Shown here: positions 30,330-37,301 of the stretch, in pieces
Numbering within the stretch: the first letter of the stretch is position 1
Layout: the number at the start of each line of letters is the position of its first letter
Assembly: GCA_023515795.1 (NCBI GenBank)
Contig: JALGPX010000112.1
Span: forward strand, 1-37,301
DNA length: 37,301 nt
DNA from: Amoeboaphelidium occidentale
Taxonomy: Eukaryota
Direction of reading: 5' to 3'
Notes under the pieces: generated by a model
Databases searched by the model: none
Seen by the model: the letters and a program-made list of their open reading frames with translations, nothing else
Told to the model about the DNA's origin: nothing
Made by a program: the position numbers and the translations under genes

Positions 30330-33300
30330 TGTTTCAACTGTGGCGCAGTTCTTTACAACAATGTGGCGTCTGCAATCAGGATTTTATCTTTTTCTCTATA
30401 TCTGCACACATTATAATAAGAAGGATTCATACGGTTGGCCTTCATTTTGGTTTCCTCCTCCTTCTTCTGTCTATTAGTTGCAATCAAACTAATTGTGGTT
30501 TATTTCTTCAAGAACTACTCATTGTGGTTTTTATATATCTTTCAAGTTGCACGGCAGAATGAAAGCATTTAATGCGTTTTTTTTGTTTTATATGTTTTAC
30601 TTATGGTTTTAATAATACGGAGAATGGGTATGGTGGTTGTTTGGTTTTTCTACTGTTGCATGTAACTAATATTGTGGTTGGTTTCTAATCAATTCATGAA
30701 GAAGGTGGTTGCGTTGTTTCATTTCGTAGGATATTTCAAGCAAGCTCTACCTTCCACGTGGTTGTTTTCCTTTTGGTATTATGTTAATTTTAGCGGAACA
30801 AAGAGCTAGCGTGGTTTCTGTGCCTTTTGTCTGGTGATAGGTTCTTTGTCGAGACTTCTGATTCGTTATGTGGGTTTCGCCTTTTTTGGTATTAATGGTT
30901 AGTCAATGAAAAGACAATCCGTTTTGAATGTGGTTTCTGTTCTTGTTTTAATTGGATGCTGCATCACACTATGAATAATGAAACATGCTGGTTGCTGTTG
31001 TTTTGAGACAAAGAAAGTATCGTGGGTTTTCTAAATAGCATGGGCATCGGTCATGTGGTTTTCTCATTAGTTGAATACAGCTGCATCTGGTGTTCTTCTC
31101 TAGATAATGCATGTGGTTTTAGTTTCAGAGAGAGAAGGATGGTGGTTTCATTATATTGATGTATATTAATGTGGTTTCTTGTTTTGCTTCGGTTTTGAAT
31201 CTCATTGGCTAATTTGAACTACGTCAAACCATATGATCGAACACGGGTGGTTTCCTGCTTCTTCCTCTTTTTTGTGATTATCTTTTATAGTCGAACCATT
31301 TATGAAAAGTGGTTTCTGGGTTTTCTTAATTGCATTATTATCAGGACTACTTTCGCCTAGTGAATTGTGGTTTTTTAAAACTTGAATTGATTATTTTGGA
31401 ATTTGAATACGACAAATGTGGGTTTCTGTTTTATTTTTTTTATTTATGGTGTACATGATGAAAACAGCATGGTAGTCGTTTGGTTTGCACTGCTGGAAAC
31501 AGCTTTTATTGTGATTGGTTTCGACTCCATCAAAAAGAAGGTGGTTGCATTCTTCTGTTCGTAGGATATTTCTGACACAATGCAAGCCACACGTGGTTGT
31601 TTTCCTTTTGAAATTATCTACAACTAACATGGTAAAAGATAATGTGGTTTCTTTGGAAAAACCGTGAAAAAAAACATGCGGGTTTCTTCTTTCTCTGGGG
31701 TTTACTGAGTATTCAATGAGTTTCCTTGTTGTGCGGATGTGGGTTACTTTTGCTCTTGTTCTTACTGAATGCTGCATCACCAAGAAAAGAAAAAATATGG
31801 TGGTTGCTGTTTGGAGACCAAAGTTTATCATGGGTTTTCTTAGTCATACGTTTTTTTTAATATGTGGCTTTTGAAAACTTAATGCGATATATGTGGTTTT
31901 TCATCTCAATGCTCTGATGTTGTTTTTTTAAGAGAAAGAATTAATTGTGGGTTCTGAAATTGGTATCAACACATGTGGTTTATTGTTCTGCTTCGGTTTA
32001 GTATCCCGTATGCTTATTTGAACTATTTGCATATTTTTAAGAGAAAATGTGGTTCTTGCTTTTTCCTCTGGTTTTGTGATTATCTTTTATCGTCGAACCA
32101 CACAACAAATGTGGTTTCTGTTTTTTCTTATTTGCTTTATTATCAAAAATATCTTGTTGAACTATCGTGGTTTTCATATCTTTCAAACTGTTTGTGGCAA
32201 TCTCCAAGTTATGTGGGTTTTGTTTTTCTACCGTAGCGAATGGAAATGTGGTTGTTGTTGCTGTCTTGTTATTTCAATTCCAATCCCTCCGTTATGTGGG
32301 TTCCGCNNNNNNNNNNNNNNNNNNNNNTTTGCTTTATTATCAAAAATATCTTGTTGAACTATCGCGGTTTTCATATCTTTCAAACTGTTTGTGGCAATCT
32401 CCAAGTTATGTGGGTTTTGTTTTTCTGCCGTAGCGAATGGAAATGTGGTTGTTGTTGCTGTCTTGTTATTTCAATTCCAATCCCTCCGTTATGTGGGTTC
32501 CGCATTAAATGAAAAGATAGTGGACCTCCAGTCCATTAACTCATTGCGGTTTCCTTGTTTGTCATGGAAGTTCTTAAATTGTGGTTCTGAATATTTCAGA
32601 AGTATTTTGGTTTAAACCCGCAACAAGTCTATGTGTTTTTCTTCCTTTGTTTTAATTCTAGCTTGTTACACAGTAATTTAATGCAGGACAGTAGTTATTA
32701 AGAGATCATCGTGGTTTCCCTCATTTAGTTGCGTAAGCATGTGGTTTCTGTTTTTTCTTTCTTGTTGAAGGTTTGCGACCATGTGGGTTACACAATTGCT
32801 GAAAAAGGCGAAATGTGGTTTCCTGGGTTAATCAAATGATAAAAAATTTGGTTTTCCAAGAATCCTTCCGCGCCTAGGTGGTTTGTTCCTTTCTGTTGGT
32901 TTTTATCTCTTTCTGATTTGCTTTATTCCTGTTTCTCATGCTAACATTAAGTCTCAAGGTGGTTTCTTGTGCTCAAAATGGATGAAGCTGGCATAGTGGT
33001 TTCCTTTTTTTGTCCTTCTGATTTGGTTTATTTCTGCAACTATAGACCGACATTAGGAGAAAGAAAATGTGGTTTCGAAGAATCATCCCATATATATGGT
33101 GGTTCCTGGTTCTTCCTGGTAGATTATACTACTATCTCAAACAATTGTGTGGTTTAACCAGTTTGCGAAGGAAAATGTGGTTCCTTTCTTTGATATGAAA
33201 CGAACATCTTATTGTGGGTTTTATTATTTTAAAGTATTTCTTTTAAGTACAACTGGTTTTTGGTATGTGGTTTCTGGTTTCTGTTAAAATATATGTGTTT

Positions 33301-33330
33301 TCTTTCTTTCTTTAACTTTCCTGAAACAAC
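30330..33330 (+). repeat. Non-coding array of co-oriented (T/C)G(T/C)GG(G)TTT motifs with variable spacers
   Basis: About 50-60 copies by eye (e.g. 30494, 30523, 30810, 30929, 31054, 31112, 31170, 31366, 31643, 31892, 31974, 32110, 32580, 32740, 32814, 33068, 33148, 33176, 33266), almost all on the + strand; no credible ORF. Confidence 0.85.
32131..32503. repeat. Direct duplicate across N-gap (32131-32306 vs 32328-32503)
   Basis: 176-nt copies with two visible substitutions around Ns 32307-32327. Confidence 0.85.
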
Positions 33331-33367
33331 CAATCTCTCTTCTTTTTTTTCCTGTTTGAAACTGAGA

Positions 33368-35524
33368 ATGACTGATTCAGAGGAATTTCTAACAAAATTT
33401 CTGGATTACAATGAAAGTCAGAATTCCGTAGAATGTTTATGCAAAATAGCCAAAGACAGTAACCCTTTGATGTAATGATGAATTTATTTTTTGTTTGAAA
33501 GATAACGGCTGCATTAATTTGTATGTTGAATTGGCTCCTGAAAGAGAATGGCTGAGTTTCAGATTGACTGACAATATTCTGAGTGTTCATAATTGTCCCA
33601 CTGGAATCGCTTTACACCTGAAAGTTCCTCATAAACGTTTGAGATTACAGAAATGTTCAAATGAAAGAATTTATCCAATTTTACTCTTCATATCCAAAAG
33701 ATGTCATGATAAGTTGGATTTATCCCTTCACCAAAAGAAGTATTCAACTGCGGCTGATAATGTTCTGAGTGCTGTGGAAAAGGTTGATGAGATTGAACGT
33801 GTAACAAAAGACAGAATACAGAAAATGCGACACTTTACAATCAGCCATGGAAGGATTCTGAAGACAAAACGGTCAAGTCATTCGCTGTCTTCTTTTGGTT
33901 TGCCCAGAGAAAGAGAAGAAGATGATTCTCCTGTAAAGAAATTCATAAGAAGGATTGATGATACAAAATTGAATGATGATTCAGAATTAGTTTTGGTATT
34001 TGTACTCTTTTGGATGTTTAATTGTTTTTCTAGCAAAAGCAAAGTGCTGCTAAGGCAAATGCAAGAAATATTCTACTGAATCCTTCTACTTCTAGGTCTG
34101 GTTCATTTTCCACTGTTAAGAAGCCTCTCTCAAGCAACAGATTATCATTTCCTGCTTCAGCTTCTTCTCCTATAGCCAATATGGCATTTCTAGCAAAGGC
34201 TGTGAATGATCGTTCTGCTGCTTCTGCTTCTGTAGCCACAGTTCCTGGAGTTACAAGAAAGTATTCAAGGCCAATATCTTCAGCTTCATTCTATGATCAA
34301 AGGAGTAATTTCAATGGAAATAAGAATTCTGGTGGGTTTGTTAATTTGGGTAATACTTGTTATATGAATGCTGTTTTACAAGCGCTACTGAATCTACCTC
34401 AATTCAGAAGAGATGTATCACTGTTTGATCCAACTTCTTATTCCAGGGATAGAAAGAAGAAGGAATTCTTGGAATGCTTAAAACTGTTACTTCAAGAACA
34501 AAAAGATTCCAAGAGTATTGTTCGACCAGATGCATTTCTACAATGTGTTCGTAAGCTAACTCAGCAGTTCCAAGGAGGACAGGAAGATGCTGATGAATTT
34601 CTGAGAACTGTACTGGATTTGTTATCCCTGAGAGATAATTTTGGTTGCACTGAAAAGGAAGAAGATAAAGAAAATATCAAGTCTAATTCCTCCAATTATG
34701 AATTTGATCCTGTCCGTGCAAACTTTGAATTTGAGATTGAGAGAAGAGTTTACTGTTTGAATTGTGAGTTTACTTCAGAGAATGTTTCCGTGTACAGAGA
34801 TATTCCACTATTTCTACCAAAGTATGATAACGAACAAGATAATTTCTTTGATATTGATACTCTATTGAAATCATTCTTTATGAATTATCAAGTTGATTAT
34901 TGTTGTGAAAAGTGTGGCAGCATGGAAGCAATGATACATCAAGGTATTAAGAGTTTACCAAGAGTACTGGTGCTGGAATTGAAACGATTCGACATGATTA
35001 TGGTAAAAGAGGATCCTGACAGTGGCGGAAACAGATATGGGAGTAGATTTGAAATGATTAAACGAAACGATAAAGTTCTATTGCCGTCTGTATTGGATAT
35101 TTCATCACTTTGCTCAAAGAATGTTGTAAGCGAAAAGGATCAAATAACAGCTTCTAAGAATAATTCTACACCTGCAAGAGACAATTCTATCTTGGTTCTG
35201 AATAGCGACGGAGACTTTGTAGAAGAAGAAACACCTTCTCCTCCTCTTAAACCTCTACAACCACAGTCCCTTAATTCTAAAAAGTACAAGCTGAAAACAA
35301 TGATTTCTCACATTGGATCACAACCTTCTCATGGTCACTATGTATGTGATGTTCTGCAACAACAACAGCAACAGCAACAACAACAACAAGGTGATGAAAA
35401 GTTTGTGTGTTATAATGACGCGAAAGTAGAAACAGTAGGCACAAATGGTTCAATTGATGATCTGAATGCACAAAGAAGCAGATCATCGTATATTCTATTC
35501 TATTCCAACGAAGAATGTTTATGA
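33368..35524 (+). CDS. Ubiquitin-specific protease (C19), USP37/26/29-like; exons 33368-33458, 33502-33995, 34034-35524
   Basis: Cys box GFVNLGNTCYMNAVLQAL, QEDADEFL, two CxxC pairs, LPRVLVLELKRF, His box SHIGSQPSHGHYVCDV, YNDAKV, YILFY. Introns 33459-33501 and 33996-34033 add a ~245-aa N-terminal region in frame. Confidence 0.9.
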
Positions 35525-35587
35525 TTAGTTTTACATAGATTTTTATTGATTGTTTTCGAATTTGAATCTTTTTCTTCGGAGTGCGAA

Positions 35588-36514
35588 ATGCCAAATCGTG
35601 GTTTCTTTTGTCACAGTTGCAGAAACTCCTTTCAATTAGAGCAACAACCATTAACTCAAAGGGAAATCCCACAATGCCCAGAGTGTCAGTCTGATTTTAT
35701 TGAATCATTTTCCTATGGAACAGCTGGAGCAGAAGAATTAGTGAATGAAATACCACCAATTATCAGACAATTATTCTTCCCTGGTTCTTTAAACCATAGA
35801 AGTACGTTCACAGGAACACAAGAAGAAGCTACAGATGTTAATGATACTGATATACCCCTTCCATTTACATTTCAGTTTCCCATGAGTAATGCAACAACAA
35901 CAACAGCAGCAGCAGCAACAGCAGGAGTATCATTTGGTGCTGCACCTCTTAATTCTACAGTAGAACTACCAGAAATGGGTTTCTTACAGAATCTATTCCA
36001 ACAATTATCAGATGGAAGATTTGGGGATTATGTGACAAACCAACAGGCATTTGATGACATCATCACGCAGACAATGAATGCTGCAGCAGGAAGCAGCAAC
36101 ACTTCTTTTAATGATCAAAGGAAGAAAGGATTAACAGAAGAAGAGATACAATTACTAATGCATTTGATTGTTAAATTAGAAGAAAGTAATACTGCTACTA
36201 CAGAGAATGATTTAAAGTATCATCAAATTAAAGATGGAATGATCACTCTATTACCCTCAAATGGAACTACTACTACTACTACAACCTCAACTTCAAATGA
36301 AGAATGTACAATATGCCAAGAAGAATACAAACAAGGAGACATTGTGATACTCTTAAACACCAACAAAACTACTACCACTACTACAATCCAACAAGAAGAT
36401 TATGGTTGTTTGCATTTCTTCCATGAAGATTGTGCTGTAAATTGGTTGAAAATGTCGAATACATGTCCAATCTGTAGAAAGTATGTTTTCTTCCCGTCAG
36501 AAAACAAAAATTAG
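35588..36514 (+). CDS. RING-H2 E3 ubiquitin ligase, RNF126/RNF115-like
   Basis: N-terminal zinc ribbon FFCHSC...CPECQSDFIE, central GDYV...FDDIITQ, C-terminal CTIC...CLHFFHEDC...WL...CPICR. First ATG at 35588. Confidence 0.88.
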   Translation: MPNRGFFCHSCRNSFQLEQQPLTQREIPQCPECQSDFIESFSYGTAGAEELVNEIPPIIRQLFFPGSLNHRSTFTGTQEEATDVNDTDIPLPFTFQFPMSNATTTTAAAATAGVSFGAAPLNSTVELPEMGFLQNLFQQLSDGRFGDYVTNQQAFDDIITQTMNAAAGSSNTSFNDQRKKGLTEEEIQLLMHLIVKLEESNTATTENDLKYHQIKDGMITLLPSNGTTTTTTTSTSNEECTICQEEYKQGDIVILLNTNKTTTTTTIQQEDYGCLHFFHEDCAVNWLKMSNTCPICRKYVFFPSENKN

Positions 36515-37301
36515 TCATGATATATTAAATAATGTCAGACATCATTATAATTGACTCAGATACACCACAGACCACTACTACCATTGATTTGACTCACGAT
36601 ACATCTGTTCCGTTCTCTTTTGACGTTAGAATCCGTAATTCTGCTACTTAGCAAGAAGGCTACATAATTCCCCTGTTATCCATGAAAAAAACGCGCACAA
36701 ACACCAGGCTATAATATGAGAACCAAAATTCTCACAGAAGTTGCTTTCTACACCTGGATTCTTTTATCGATGTAGAAAGATATTGCTTTTATCGGAGTTC
36801 TTGAATAAAGGAAATGAGCAAGGAGTGCAAGAATCGCATCAAGGCCGTAGCTTTCTCCAAAGATAGTGAACTTTCGGTCTTCGTGTTTTTTACCGCAAAG
36901 CGTTAAGTCAACAACTATATTGTTTCACACTTTGACCCAACTTTTTGAGTTCGCCTCATCAACACCAGCAAGCAGAAAGAATGTAAGACTATGCTCGCTA
37001 TATTGAATACATCAAGTAATATCATACAAGAATGCTCAAATGAAACAGGGCGAATCGAGCTTGCAAGAGATACTGCTGCTTCGCGAGAGAGTGAGAATCT
37101 TGCTGCACAAGGAACAATGCTAGTATCTACCATTACGTCACGCATATACGTAATAAAGCTTTAGATATTTAATAAGACAACTACAAACTTGTTTGATGAA
37201 AGTCTATCTGAAACTGCGACATGCGAAACGCGAGTAATCAATATCGCGGTTTCAAAGAATGCTTTATTCAAATCTTTTCTTTGCTTTATGAGACAATGTT
37301 T

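Noticed and set aside
31391..33157. ORFs within the array (31391-31831 minus; 31973-32615 and 32969-33157 plus)
   Set aside because: They overlap in several frames, their F/C/V/W-rich composition follows from the T/G skew, they have no domain, and the frames are not preserved between the two 0.8-kb duplicate units.
30330..33330. CRISPR array interpretation of the motif-plus-spacer pattern
   Set aside because: The constant part is only 7-9 nt and degenerate, spacing is irregular, there are no cas genes, and the context is an intron-containing eukaryotic genome.
30330..33330. Interstitial telomeric repeat
   Set aside because: TG-rich motifs are dispersed with long spacers rather than tandem, and do not match TTAGGG-type units.
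1..37301. tRNA, rRNA or transposase/retroelement genes
   Set aside because: No cloverleaf, rRNA-like segment, RT/integrase/transposase motif, LTR or terminal inverted repeat was recognisable by eye; small ncRNAs cannot be excluded without a covariance-model search.

Overview
Eukaryotic nuclear DNA from an extremely compact genome. Introns are GT-AG and 34-56 nt, many intergenic gaps are only 20-100 nt, and the genetic code is standard. Gene content (fungal-type GCH1, Vip1, Spc105, MIPC synthase, plus SWEET, animal/plant-type tyrosine aminotransferase and a USP37-like protease) suggests an early-diverging fungus or close relative; this is inference and the species cannot be named from sequence alone. 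About 20 protein-coding genes are present: RluA-type pseudouridine synthase, CID/Rtt103-like, FOL2, RPT3, OSBP-related, VIP1, SPC105/KNL1, LSm-domain, GT32 MIPC synthase, a large type II membrane protein, SWEET, TAT, PFS2, MRD1, a coiled-coil orphan, USP, RNF126-like E3 and several hypotheticals. Seven N-gaps are each flanked by near-identical direct duplicates, most likely uncollapsed heterozygous alleles. The stand-out element is a ~3 kb gene-free interval (about 30330-33330) holding roughly 50-60 co-oriented copies of a short (T/C)G(T/C)GG(G)TTT motif separated by non-repetitive ~20-55 nt spacers, with an old ~0.8 kb tandem duplication inside it. It is a candidate centromere, protein-binding-site array or repeat-scaffold lncRNA.
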